64,000 nt of DNA from Chlamydiales bacterium. Its GTDB lineage: Bacteria; Chlamydiota; Chlamydiia; Chlamydiales; JAAKFR01. The notes beneath the pieces are model-generated. The model did no database searches, was not told the DNA's origin, and saw only the letters and a program-made list of their open reading frames with translations. A program made the position numbers and the translations under genes. Shown here in pieces: positions 7,544-16,798 of the stretch. Where the stretch lies: assembly GCA_020831465.1 (NCBI GenBank), contig JAFIGI010000015.1, forward strand, positions 1,681-65,680. Reading direction: 5' to 3'. Each line of letters opens with the position of its first letter. Within the stretch, counting starts at the first letter, position 1.

Positions 7544-10055
7544 AATTTTTAGGTAACGAAAAGTAAAACGAAGCCCCTTTGCCGACTTCGCCTTCGGCCC
7601 AAATGTGCCCGCCTAACCGTTTGATGGCACGTGCTACGTTAGCCAGTCCGATTCCGGAACCGGAAAATTCGCTTTCGGAATGGAGGCGCTGGAACATTTG
7701 AAATAGCTTGCCTTTGTAATGTGGATCAAACCCGACTCCATTATCTTTAACTAAGAGAATCCACTCCTCATCGGCCTCCTCGGCATCGATGGTTATCACT
7801 GCAGGAGATTGGTGTTGTGTGAACTTTAGCGCATTTGAGATGAGATTAAGAAAAACGGAATAGATAAGCGTACCATCTGTAACTATGGTTGGCAGAGAGC
7901 CGATTTCCCACTTAATCCAACGGTTTAAAACCTGTTCCTCTAGCTGGTGACGGATATCGCTCACGAGGGCTAGGAGTGATATTGAACTCAGCTCAATGGT
8001 CGATCTCGTCAACCGTGAATAGGCTAAAAGATCATCGATCAGCTTTTGCATCTGCTCTGCAGATGAGACAATATACCGAAAATACTTTTGAGCTTCTTCA
8101 GTAACTTGGATCTCTTTTGTCTCTTTGATCAATTCAATAAATCCAATGATTTGCCTCAAAGGCGCTCTTAGATCATGCGAAACCGAATAAGAAAAGATTT
8201 CAAGCTCCTTGTTGGAAGCTGCAAGTTCTTCAGTTCGTTTGATAAGTTCTTTTTCGAGTTTTTTGCGTTCCGTAATGTCGTTAAAGGTTACGACAACTCC
8301 TTGTAGCTGATTTTTTTCAATAATCGGACGCCTGATATACTCGACATTAAAGCTTGAACCATCTTTTCTCCAAAAGAGATCTTCCTCCTTGACCGAGGCT
8401 CTCTCATCCTTCAAGTGTGAATGAATGGGACAATCCTCTATAGGATAGGGAGAACCATCTGATTTAGTGTGATGAATGAGGGAGTGTAGCAATTTACCCA
8501 TAAGTTCTTCCTCTTTCCAGCCCAGCATCTCTGCTGCTGCCGAATTAACGAAAGTCGTATTTCCTTCTAAATCGAGGCCGAAAATCCCCTCTCCTGATGA
8601 GTGGAGCAAAAGAGCCTGCTGCCTTTCAAGACGTAATTTAGAAGAGACAAAATGTGAAAGAATGATTCCTAAAATCGTCAGGCTGATTATGATGGCCAAA
8701 ATCACAAAAGGCCCCATTCCCTGAAGAGCAATTAGCCACCTAGATTTAGGCCAAACAGTAAAGAGAAGAATCAGATCGTTGATTTGCATAGTGTCGGATA
8801 TTTTCCAACGCGCGTAAGAGACAAGATCTTCATCTTCTAATTTTGAGGAGGAGAGATAAAGAGGTTTATCCTTATAAGAAACAATGAGATGAAGCTTATT
8901 TAAAAAAAATCTGTAGGAAGCGGTTTCTATGAACTTTTCCGGGTGAATGATTGCGATAAAATACCCATCTATCTTCTTTTTGAAAGGTAAAATCATTTCA
9001 ATATATTTATCTTCTTCTCTCTCCCCCTCAATAATTGCAAAATAAGGTAACTCACTATCCTCCTCGACGTTTGATAGATCTGCTAGGGGAAGCTCAATGC
9101 CTTGGCCTCTATGATGATTTGAGTGAAGGAAAAGGACCTTCCTATTCGAATTTACCCAAGCAATTGTCTCTAAAGAAGGAAAGTGATCAAAATACATTTT
9201 CACATAGTTTTTCCAACCTTCATCAGAAGCGTCCTCATTTTCTTGGAGCTGCAGTTGAAGCCTTTCCAGCGCTTGACTCTTCTGCACCAAGTATTCGCTT
9301 AATCTTGAGGTCAAGTGTTCTTTTTCCAAATCGATGGCTAGCAAAATCTTCTCTGACTCAGCTGCGAGAAAGGCTCCTGATAAAATGAGGATGAAGCAGG
9401 GAGCGATAAATAAAACAAATCCCGAAACTTTTTTCTCTAATGACCTATGAATAAGGAGAAATAGCGCTGCTCCAAGAACAACAAAACCGATAGCCGTAAG
9501 AAGACTCATGCTTGTGAAATTTCCCCAGCCGTAAGAGAGGGGAAGGCAAATCGCGTACCCAATTATGGATAGAGCTCCTATAAATATAATCAAAAGACTG
9601 AGGATAGAGATGAGATATGCGGACCACCTCTGGTTGATCGCTGTAGAAGCTAAAAAGATCCCTGCTCCCAAAAAGATAAAACAGAGAGCTGTATTAGGAC
9701 CCATCCTACCCGGGTGGGAGGTTTCTACAGTGATAGTATGTTTCAAAAAGAGCTCATCTATCCCTAAGTTGAGGGGAAGGGCATACTCTAAAAGTGTCAA
9801 AGAGCCTAAGACAAAGAGAATAATACCGATTACTGCAGAGAGCCTTCTTAAGTAGAAGAGAGAGATTAATCCTAAACCGCCTAAAACAAAGCCAATTGCG
9901 GAATTAAATTGCATCGGGGAAAATTGATGACGGATTTGGATAAGAGAGGGTCTGTGAGTGAGCCATCCGATAATGACAACAACTCCCAGGAGCAACGAGA
10001 TAGCACCAAGAATAAAAACGCATCCTTCCCTGGATTTTAGCTTGAATTCTTTCAT
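7527..10055 (-). CDS. multi-pass membrane sensor histidine kinase (membrane sensor, extracytoplasmic domain, PAS, HisKA, HATPase)
   Basis: About 6 N-terminal TM segments and a roughly 220-aa loop between TMs. PAS region (GIFGLDLEGNTTFVNSAAAEMLGW...), H-box FSYSVSHDLRAPLRQI, and G-boxes DNGVGF / GSGIGLA. Confidence 0.85.
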   Translation of the reverse strand: MKEFKLKSREGCVFILGAISLLLGVVVIIGWLTHRPSLIQIRHQFSPMQFNSAIGFVLGGLGLISLFYLRRLSAVIGIILFVLGSLTLLEYALPLNLGIDELFLKHTITVETSHPGRMGPNTALCFIFLGAGIFLASTAINQRWSAYLISILSLLIIFIGALSIIGYAICLPLSYGWGNFTSMSLLTAIGFVVLGAALFLLIHRSLEKKVSGFVLFIAPCFILILSGAFLAAESEKILLAIDLEKEHLTSRLSEYLVQKSQALERLQLQLQENEDASDEGWKNYVKMYFDHFPSLETIAWVNSNRKVLFLHSNHHRGQGIELPLADLSNVEEDSELPYFAIIEGEREEDKYIEMILPFKKKIDGYFIAIIHPEKFIETASYRFFLNKLHLIVSYKDKPLYLSSSKLEDEDLVSYARWKISDTMQINDLILLFTVWPKSRWLIALQGMGPFVILAIIISLTILGIILSHFVSSKLRLERQQALLLHSSGEGIFGLDLEGNTTFVNSAAAEMLGWKEEELMGKLLHSLIHHTKSDGSPYPIEDCPIHSHLKDERASVKEEDLFWRKDGSSFNVEYIRRPIIEKNQLQGVVVTFNDITERKKLEKELIKRTEELAASNKELEIFSYSVSHDLRAPLRQIIGFIELIKETKEIQVTEEAQKYFRYIVSSAEQMQKLIDDLLAYSRLTRSTIELSSISLLALVSDIRHQLEEQVLNRWIKWEIGSLPTIVTDGTLIYSVFLNLISNALKFTQHQSPAVITIDAEEADEEWILLVKDNGVGFDPHYKGKLFQMFQRLHSESEFSGSGIGLANVARAIKRLGGHIWAEGEVGKGASFYFSLPKNFSAQR

Positions 10056-11194
10056 CTAAGCGTCTCATCCTTTAAAGGAGTACGAACCAAGAAGTTAACC
10101 CATCCATTTTCGCAGTTCACTTCAATTCTTCCTCCTAAACGATCACATAAAAGCTTGCTAATGAGAAGGCCCAATCCCAATCCTGGTGTTTGGGAACGTG
10201 CCAGATTTTCCCCCCTGTAGAAGAGTTCAAAGAGGTGCTCTAATTCTTCCTCTGATAGAGGCTCTCCCTCATTGCCGACGATAAATAAGACTGATCCATC
10301 CTCTCTTTTAACGGTAAAACGAATACCCCCCCCCTCTCTTGTATATTTCACGGCATTAGAAAAGAGATTCATTAAAACTTGTTGAAGCCTCACCTGGTCG
10401 GTAAAAATTAAATCGGGAAGATTGGGATCTATTGAATATTCCAGATTTTGATTTTTTTTCTGAATCGAAGACTCCCATATCTCTTTGATTTTGTCACAAA
10501 AAATGCGCAAGGAAAAATAGTCCGGCTTTAATATTATTTTTCCCATCTCTATTTCAGATAACTTGAGAAGATTCGATAGCATACCCAAAATATACTCACC
10601 GCTTACCCTGATCTTTTCGAGACATGTAAACCACTCTTTTAGGGAAGGATCTTTTTCTAGCTTCTCTTGAATTTCTTCATATAGAAAGTCACAATAACCT
10701 AAAATCGTCGTTAAGGGGGTCCTTATCTCATGACTCATTTCCGCAAGAAAGAGACTTTTAAATCTACTCTCCTCTTCGGCTCTTTTCAAAAAATCGAGCA
10801 ATTCCTTGTTCTCTTTGGTTTTTCGAGCCTCTTCAATCGCACGGTCAATCGCGGTAGAAAGCTTAATCAAATGAGTCTTTGAGATGTAATCCACAGCCCC
10901 TTTTTTAATAATCTCTACAGCCATTTCTTCTCCAATAACTCCAGAGACTATAAGCGTGGGAATCCCGGCTTTTTCCGCAATTTCGATCGCCAATATGGCA
11001 TCATAACCGGGAATCAAGTAATCGAGAAGCAGCGCATCATATTGACCTGTTGATATCTCTTGTAGGAAAGACTCTGGAGTTTGAACCAAAGTAATTTGAT
11101 CATTTCGCCCCTCATTTTTCAGATGTGCCACAAGCAATTCCGCATCACTCGCATTATCTTCAAGGTATAAAAGCTTATGACCCGTCATTCCCAA
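10052..11194 (-). CDS. hybrid protein: N-terminal receiver domain fused to a HisKA-HATPase histidine kinase
   Basis: REC pattern LLYLEDN...DALLLDYLIPG...LIVSG...AVDYISK. H-box FLAEMSHEIRTPLTTILGY, N-box LMNLFSNAVKYT, and GLGLGLLISK. ATGA overlap with the downstream kinase gene. Confidence 0.85.
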   Translation of the reverse strand: MGMTGHKLLYLEDNASDAELLVAHLKNEGRNDQITLVQTPESFLQEISTGQYDALLLDYLIPGYDAILAIEIAEKAGIPTLIVSGVIGEEMAVEIIKKGAVDYISKTHLIKLSTAIDRAIEEARKTKENKELLDFLKRAEEESRFKSLFLAEMSHEIRTPLTTILGYCDFLYEEIQEKLEKDPSLKEWFTCLEKIRVSGEYILGMLSNLLKLSEIEMGKIILKPDYFSLRIFCDKIKEIWESSIQKKNQNLEYSIDPNLPDLIFTDQVRLQQVLMNLFSNAVKYTREGGGIRFTVKREDGSVLFIVGNEGEPLSEEELEHLFELFYRGENLARSQTPGLGLGLLISKLLCDRLGGRIEVNCENGWVNFLVRTPLKDETLR

Positions 11195-11249
11195 AAGAAT
11201 TATATAATTTAATTTTAAATTAACTCTAAAAGGGGTAAAACTGCAACTC

Positions 11250-11624
11250 TTAAGTTGAAAAAAACGGACTCAAAAGAAGGGAAAGCCAACCTAGAAGAAG
11301 GAAAAGCCCACCGATTGGGGTAACAGCGCCAAAAGTTCCGATGCCGGTGAACGCCAAAAGATAGAGACTTCCCGAAAAGATCACAGTTCCACCGATAAAA
11401 AACCATCCGGATAAAGTTAGCAGAGAACCCGGTAGAAGCAGGCTCAATCCAGCAACCAGGACAATTGCCAGAGCGTGATACATTTGATAACGGACACCCA
11501 CTTCAAAAACCGAGAGCATATTCTGATCAAGCTTGTTTTTTAGGGCGTGGGCGCCAAAAGCTCCTGCAGCAACTCCAATCAAACCTAAAAAGGCGCCAAG
11601 ACAAAGTAGCCACTTATTTGACAT
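11250..11624 (-). CDS. DUF423 (YgdD/TMEM256-like) membrane protein
   Basis: GAFGAHALK...VRYQMYHALA...GGTVIFSGSLYLLA, with four TM segments, is typical of DUF423. Confidence 0.75.
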   Translation of the reverse strand: MSNKWLLCLGAFLGLIGVAAGAFGAHALKNKLDQNMLSVFEVGVRYQMYHALAIVLVAGLSLLLPGSLLTLSGWFFIGGTVIFSGSLYLLAFTGIGTFGAVTPIGGLFLLLGWLSLLLSPFFST

Positions 11625-11635
11625 ATAGCAGAATC
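11624..11635. repeat. copy of the dispersed 12-mer TATAGCAGAATC
   Basis: Exact match to the arms at 23841-23853 / 23876-23888 and to 27750-27761 (reverse complement). It overlaps the DUF423 start codon and sits next to the metQ stop. Confidence 0.6.
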
Positions 11636-12434
11636 AGGGGTTTTGATTTTCGAAGGCAGGGAGAATAGCGCCCTTATATTTTTCTAGAATGTGCTTGCGA
11701 AGCTTGTCCGAACTAAGAACTTTTTGTAATTTTTGAAACTCCTCTCTACGAGCTTCACCCGGTTTTACGACAACAATATTGGCGTAAGGTGATTCGGCTC
11801 CCTCTAAAGCGAGAGCATCTTTAGAAGGGTTCAACTTGGCCTGCAAGGCGAAATTCGAAGGTATCACTGCCAAATCGACATCGGAAAGGGCTCGGGGCAA
11901 GTAAGGAGCATCTAACTCTTCGAAACGTAAATTCTTAGGATTTTCAGTAATATCTAACGTGGTGATGAGATATCTATTCGTGAGATCTTTAAGCTTAATC
12001 AATCCCACGTCTTGCAAAAGCATCAATGCACGTGCCTCATTTGTAGGGTCTTGAGGAATCGCGACTATACTCTCGGCTTTGATCTCATCCAAAGACTTAT
12101 ATACAGAAGAGTAAATCCCCAAAGGTTCCAAGTGGACAGCCGTCAAAGGAACGAGATCGTATCCATGCATCTTCATCTGCTCATCGAGAAAGGGCTTATG
12201 CTGGAAAAAATTAGCATCGACTTGGCACTCATGCAGCATCCGATTCGGCAGGTTGTAGTCGTCAATTTCGACGATCTTTAGATTGACACCCTCATCTTTT
12301 AGATCTTCTTTCACAAATTCGAGCAGATCGGCATGGGGTACCGCCGTTGCGGCAATCTTCAAAGTCTTATGGGAAGAGTTACAGGCGCAACATAACAATA
12401 ATCCCAAACCGGCCATAAGCAACCACTGTTTCAT
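11634..12434 (-). CDS. metQ: MetQ/NlpA-family methionine-binding lipoprotein
   Basis: Lipobox LLLCCAC after MKQWLLMAGLG. The body matches the NlpA/MetQ pattern. ATG 12434 overlaps the metI stop (ATGA). The longer ORF start at 12485 is less likely. Confidence 0.8.
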   Translation of the reverse strand: MKQWLLMAGLGLLLCCACNSSHKTLKIAATAVPHADLLEFVKEDLKDEGVNLKIVEIDDYNLPNRMLHECQVDANFFQHKPFLDEQMKMHGYDLVPLTAVHLEPLGIYSSVYKSLDEIKAESIVAIPQDPTNEARALMLLQDVGLIKLKDLTNRYLITTLDITENPKNLRFEELDAPYLPRALSDVDLAVIPSNFALQAKLNPSKDALALEGAESPYANIVVVKPGEARREEFQKLQKVLSSDKLRKHILEKYKGAILPAFENQNP

Positions 12435-13111
12435 CCAATCCCTCTTTGTTTCAGTATCCCCCGTGAAATCCCGCTTCCAATCCATTGGACAACTTGCACG
12501 AGCAAAAGAATCACGATTAAGGTCACTAGCATTAAAAAACCGTTGAAACGCTGATAGCCATATTGAATCGCAACCTTTCCCAGCCCCCCGCCACCTACCA
12601 GGCCAGCCATTGCGCTGTACCCGATCAAGTTGACGAGAGTTAGTGTAATCCCGTTTATAATAGAGGGAAGCGCTTCCGGAATAAAGACTTTTTTTACGAT
12701 TTGACGTGTCGTCGATCCCATCACGATCGCTGCTTCAATGATCGTCTTGTCGATCTCCTTCAAGGCCGATTCAATGACGCGGGCTAAAAATGGCGCTGCG
12801 GCGATCGTCAAGGGGACGATCGAAGCCGTTGTTCCAATGCTTGTTCCCACGATTAAGCGGGTAAAAGGGAAAATGGCAACAATCAGGATCGCAAAAGGGA
12901 TCGAACGGCCGATATTAACGATTACCCCTAACGTCTGATAAATCAACCTGTTTTCTTTAAGGCCTCCCCGGTCGGTCAATCTCAAAATCACGCCGATTGG
13001 AAGGCCAATCAGGAAGGCGAAAAGGGCAGCGAAACCAACCATGTAAATGGTATTCCAAAGCTCGACAGGGATCAATTTCCACGCAAGCCTTAGATTTTCA
13101 GTCAAGTTCAT
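12431..13111 (-). CDS. metI: methionine ABC transporter permease
   Basis: MetI-like five-TM BPD permease (IGTTASIVPLTIAAAPFLARVIESALKE). Confidence 0.85.
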   Translation of the reverse strand: MNLTENLRLAWKLIPVELWNTIYMVGFAALFAFLIGLPIGVILRLTDRGGLKENRLIYQTLGVIVNIGRSIPFAILIVAIFPFTRLIVGTSIGTTASIVPLTIAAAPFLARVIESALKEIDKTIIEAAIVMGSTTRQIVKKVFIPEALPSIINGITLTLVNLIGYSAMAGLVGGGGLGKVAIQYGYQRFNGFLMLVTLIVILLLVQVVQWIGSGISRGILKQRGIG

Positions 13112-14114
13112 CGCACAACACTCCTTGAGACTCTAAAAAGGCCCGCGCCAGGGAACGCTCTTCCACCTCTCCCGATAATTCGACTATAAGGTTCCCGATT
13201 GTTTCTGTTTTTAAGACGTCGATCCCTCCAAGCAGGATATTCACTTCAACAGCATGCTCGCGCAAAAGCCTGGAAATAATAGGCTGCTGGGCCGTACCCT
13301 TAGTGAAGGAAAGACGGAGCAAAATCGCCTTCTCCTTTTCTAAATGGTGTGGAAACTCGTGAACAATATTCTGCAAAAACCTTTGAGTTGTCGGATGTTT
13401 CGGCTTGGCAAAGAGCTCCTCAACCGCCCCCTGCTCCACAATCTCGCCATGTTCAAGGACGGCGACATGAGTACAAATCTGTTTGATAACCTCCATTTCA
13501 TGGGTAATCAAAAGAATGGTCAGTCCGAGCTTCTCGTTTAATTCGGAGAGGAGATCCAAAATCGCGTGAGTCGTACGTGGATCGAGAGCAGAGGTCGCCT
13601 CGTCGCAAAGCAGGAGATCAGGCTCGTTCACTAAAGCGCGCGCGATCGCCACCCGCTGTTTCTCCCCGCCGCTTAATTGTGCAGGATAATGGCGTTCTTT
13701 GGCCGCCAAACCTACCAAAGCCAAAAGCTCCTTCGCCCGCGCGCTTCGCCGCTCACATGAAACCCCTTCTATTTCAAGTGGATAAGCAATATTTTCTAAG
13801 ACAGTGCGCGAAGAGAAGAGATTAAAATGCTGAAAAATCATGCCGATTTTCTTGCGGGCACGGCGTAAATGCCCCCCCTTCAATGCGGTAATCTCTTCGC
13901 CGGAAATGACCACGCTCCCTTCAGAGGGGCGTTCCAAAACGGTCAGACAGCGCATCAAAGTCGTTTTGCCCGCTCCGCTCATCCCGATGATTCCAAAAAC
14001 CTCTCCCCTCTTTACCGAAAGATTGATCGCTTTCACTGCAAACAAAGGGGGAGCATCAGGATGAGTCTGATAGCTTTTAGTTAAATTTTTAATAGAGACA
14101 ACGCTCTCATCCAC
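13098..14114 (-). CDS. metN: methionine ABC transporter ATP-binding protein
   Basis: Walker A GMSGAGKTT, signature LSGGEKQRVAIARAL, Walker B LLLCDEATSALD, and a C-terminal NIL-type domain. GTG start. Confidence 0.85.
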   Translation of the reverse strand: MDESVVSIKNLTKSYQTHPDAPPLFAVKAINLSVKRGEVFGIIGMSGAGKTTLMRCLTVLERPSEGSVVISGEEITALKGGHLRRARKKIGMIFQHFNLFSSRTVLENIAYPLEIEGVSCERRSARAKELLALVGLAAKERHYPAQLSGGEKQRVAIARALVNEPDLLLCDEATSALDPRTTHAILDLLSELNEKLGLTILLITHEMEVIKQICTHVAVLEHGEIVEQGAVEELFAKPKHPTTQRFLQNIVHEFPHHLEKEKAILLRLSFTKGTAQQPIISRLLREHAVEVNILLGGIDVLKTETIGNLIVELSGEVEERSLARAFLESQGVLCDELD

Positions 14115-14216
14115 AGGAATCCCTCACAATAAAACAGATGAATTATAACAGTGTTGAAAATATTTGTAAAAAATTTATCAATGTGAAATATAAGGGTTCT
14201 GTTTAATGGAGGTATT

Positions 14217-15293
14217 ATGGTGACAACAAGCGCGGCAGCGACGCAATCAGAAATCGAAAAATTACTTGGCAATGAGGCGGAGTCATTACTGACCCATACC
14301 TGCAGGACTGTTCCAAAAGAGAGGCTCCATCTTCCCGACGGCAACTGGGTCGACCGTATTTTTAACTGCACAGACCGCAACAACCGCGTTTTGAGAAGTT
14401 TAGAAGCGATTTTTCATTCGGGCCGCCTTGCCGGCACCGGTTACCTTTCCATCCTGCCTGTCGATCAAGGAGTCGAACATTCTGCAGGAGCCTCTTTCGC
14501 GCCAAACCCCGACTATTTCGATCCCGAAAACATCGTCCTTCTCGCGATCGAAGGAGGCTGCAACGCCGTTGCGTCGACTTATGGGGTACTAAGTATGGTC
14601 GCGCGGCGCTACGCCCATAAGATTCCCTTTCTTTTAAAACTCAACCATAATCAACTTCTTAGTTATCCGAATACTTTCGACCAAATCTTTTTTGCCAACG
14701 TGCGGGAAGCTTACGATATGGGCGCCGTAGCTGTCGGGGCGACGATCTACTTTGGCTCTCCTGAGAGCTCCCGGCAAATCGTAGAGGTAAGCAAAGCCTT
14801 TTCCTATGCCCATGAGCTTGGAATGGCGACAGTGCTTTGGTGTTACTTACGCAACTCCGCCTTTAAAACCTCAGACAAAGATTTCCATAACGCAGCAGAT
14901 TTGACGGGTCAAGCCGATCATCTCGGAGCAACTATCGGCGCTGACATCATTAAGCAGAAGCTGCCCACAAATAACGGCGGCTTTCAAACTCTGAAATTCG
15001 GGAAGACGAGCGATAAAGTCTACTCGGAACTCTCTTCAGACCACCCGATCGATCTCTGCCGCTATCAGGTCATCAATGGCTATATGGGGCGCGCAGGGCT
15101 TATCAACTCAGGCGGAGCTTCGGGAAAAGACGATTTTGCTGCCGCTGTTCGCACGGCCGTGATCAACAAGCGCGCCGGAGGAATCGGATTGATCTCAGGT
15201 AGAAAAGCCTTTCAACGCCCAATGAATGATGGGATCAGGCTTCTTCACTCAATCCAAGACGTCTATTTAAATCCATCGATCACAATCGCTTAA
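14217..15293 (+). CDS. fbaB: class I fructose-bisphosphate aldolase (FbaB/DhnA type)
   Basis: Long stretches match my memory of E. coli FbaB: [63 protein letters not shown]. Confidence 0.9.
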   Translation: MVTTSAAATQSEIEKLLGNEAESLLTHTCRTVPKERLHLPDGNWVDRIFNCTDRNNRVLRSLEAIFHSGRLAGTGYLSILPVDQGVEHSAGASFAPNPDYFDPENIVLLAIEGGCNAVASTYGVLSMVARRYAHKIPFLLKLNHNQLLSYPNTFDQIFFANVREAYDMGAVAVGATIYFGSPESSRQIVEVSKAFSYAHELGMATVLWCYLRNSAFKTSDKDFHNAADLTGQADHLGATIGADIIKQKLPTNNGGFQTLKFGKTSDKVYSELSSDHPIDLCRYQVINGYMGRAGLINSGGASGKDDFAAAVRTAVINKRAGGIGLISGRKAFQRPMNDGIRLLHSIQDVYLNPSITIA

Positions 15294-15296
15294 GAA

Positions 15297-16751
15297 ATGT
15301 CTGGCCATTCGTTTGAGCATCGCCGCACCCTCAATGTTTTCGTGCTGGCAATGCTTTCTCTTGCGGTTGTGATCAGTTTGCGCAACCTTCCCCTAACAGC
15401 AAAGTATGGTCTGGGATCGATCTTTTTTTATTGCGCTGCAGCCCTGCTTTTCATGATCCCCTACGCTCTTATATCTGCAGAGCTTGCTTCCGGTTGGCCT
15501 AAAGCCGGCGGGGTTTATGTTTGGGTCAGGGAGGCTCTCGGCGACCGCTTTGGGTTTTTCGCGATCTGGATGCAGTGGTTCCACAATATGACCTGGTATC
15601 CTGCCATGCTTGCTTTTATCGCGGCAGGCCTCGCTCACTTCATTGATCCTAGACTTGCCACAAGCAAACCCTTTCTGATTTCGGTCATTTTGATCGGATT
15701 TTGGGGAATTACGTTCATGAATTTTCTTGGGATCAAAACGTCGGCCCTTGTCAGCTCGATTTGCGTGATCATCGGAGCCATCCTTCCGGGAGCTATCCTG
15801 ATTGGAATGGCTCTATATTGGGCCGTCTCGGGCGAAGGGCTAGCGCTTCCCCTTCAGGTAGATGATCTAATCCCTGACCTAACACCGATGAACCTCTCAT
15901 TTTTGGCAGGTATCTTTCTTGCCCTTAGCGGACTCGAAGCGAACGCCAACTTGGCTAGGGAAGTTAAGCACCCGCAAAAAAACTATCCTCGCGCTATCTT
16001 AATCGCTGCCCTTCTTACACTTTCGATACTGATATTAGGCTCACTAGCGATCGCTCTGGTTATTCCTCAAGAGGAGATCAGCCTCGTTTCAGGCCTTCTT
16101 GATACCTTCAGCTTCTTCTTTAACGCTTTTGACCTCATGTGGATGATGCCTCTTTTGCTCTTAATGACTGTTTTGGGCGCACTCGGAGAGTTGAACGCGT
16201 GGGCGATAGCGGGTGTAAAAGGGTTATTCGTTACAACAGAACATGGATGCCTTCCTCCTCTCTTTCACAAGGTGAACCGTCGCCATACCCCGGTTAACCT
16301 GATGCTCTTCCAAGCAATAATTGTGACCATCGCCTCATTCGCCTTCCTATATTTCCCCGATGTGGGCGAAGCCTATTGGCTGCTTAGCGCATTGAGCGCA
16401 CAAATGTATTTATTGATGTACATTCTGCTTTTCGTTTCCGGTATTGTCCTGCGCTACCGTCACCCTAATGTCCACCGAGCCTACAGGGTCCCCTTCAAAA
16501 ACTTCGGGATTTGGACCACTGGCATTGTCGGAATCGGCAGCGCCTTTTTTGCCCTTTTCTTCAGTTTCGCCCCTCCTGTTAAATTTTTTAGGCTTGACAT
16601 CCTCCCCTTTGAAACTCTGATCATCGCAGGGTTCATCATTAACTGTGCGATTCCTCTGATCATCTATTCTTTACGTAAGCCGCATTGGAAGCTCAAAGTT
16701 CTCAAAGAGATCCGAGAAGAAATTCATGATAGCATCAATGAAAAACTTTAA
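15297..16751 (+). CDS. APC-superfamily amino acid permease (GadC/XasA-like)
   Basis: 12-TM profile with an AELASGWPKAGGVYVWV motif. It lies next to the dhnA-type aldolase, as in Chlamydia CT215-216 (from memory). Confidence 0.8.
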   Translation: MSGHSFEHRRTLNVFVLAMLSLAVVISLRNLPLTAKYGLGSIFFYCAAALLFMIPYALISAELASGWPKAGGVYVWVREALGDRFGFFAIWMQWFHNMTWYPAMLAFIAAGLAHFIDPRLATSKPFLISVILIGFWGITFMNFLGIKTSALVSSICVIIGAILPGAILIGMALYWAVSGEGLALPLQVDDLIPDLTPMNLSFLAGIFLALSGLEANANLAREVKHPQKNYPRAILIAALLTLSILILGSLAIALVIPQEEISLVSGLLDTFSFFFNAFDLMWMMPLLLLMTVLGALGELNAWAIAGVKGLFVTTEHGCLPPLFHKVNRRHTPVNLMLFQAIIVTIASFAFLYFPDVGEAYWLLSALSAQMYLLMYILLFVSGIVLRYRHPNVHRAYRVPFKNFGIWTTGIVGIGSAFFALFFSFAPPVKFFRLDILPFETLIIAGFIINCAIPLIIYSLRKPHWKLKVLKEIREEIHDSINEKL

Positions 16752-16798
16752 AAAAAATCACTACCTGTATTAACTTTTTCTTAACAAGGAGTGTTCAT

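Noticed and set aside
14115-14216. Possible SAM/S-box riboswitch upstream of metNIQ
   Set aside because: Only about 100 nt of AT-rich sequence is shared with the divergent fbaB promoter. I could not find the conserved SAM-I helices or any extended structure.
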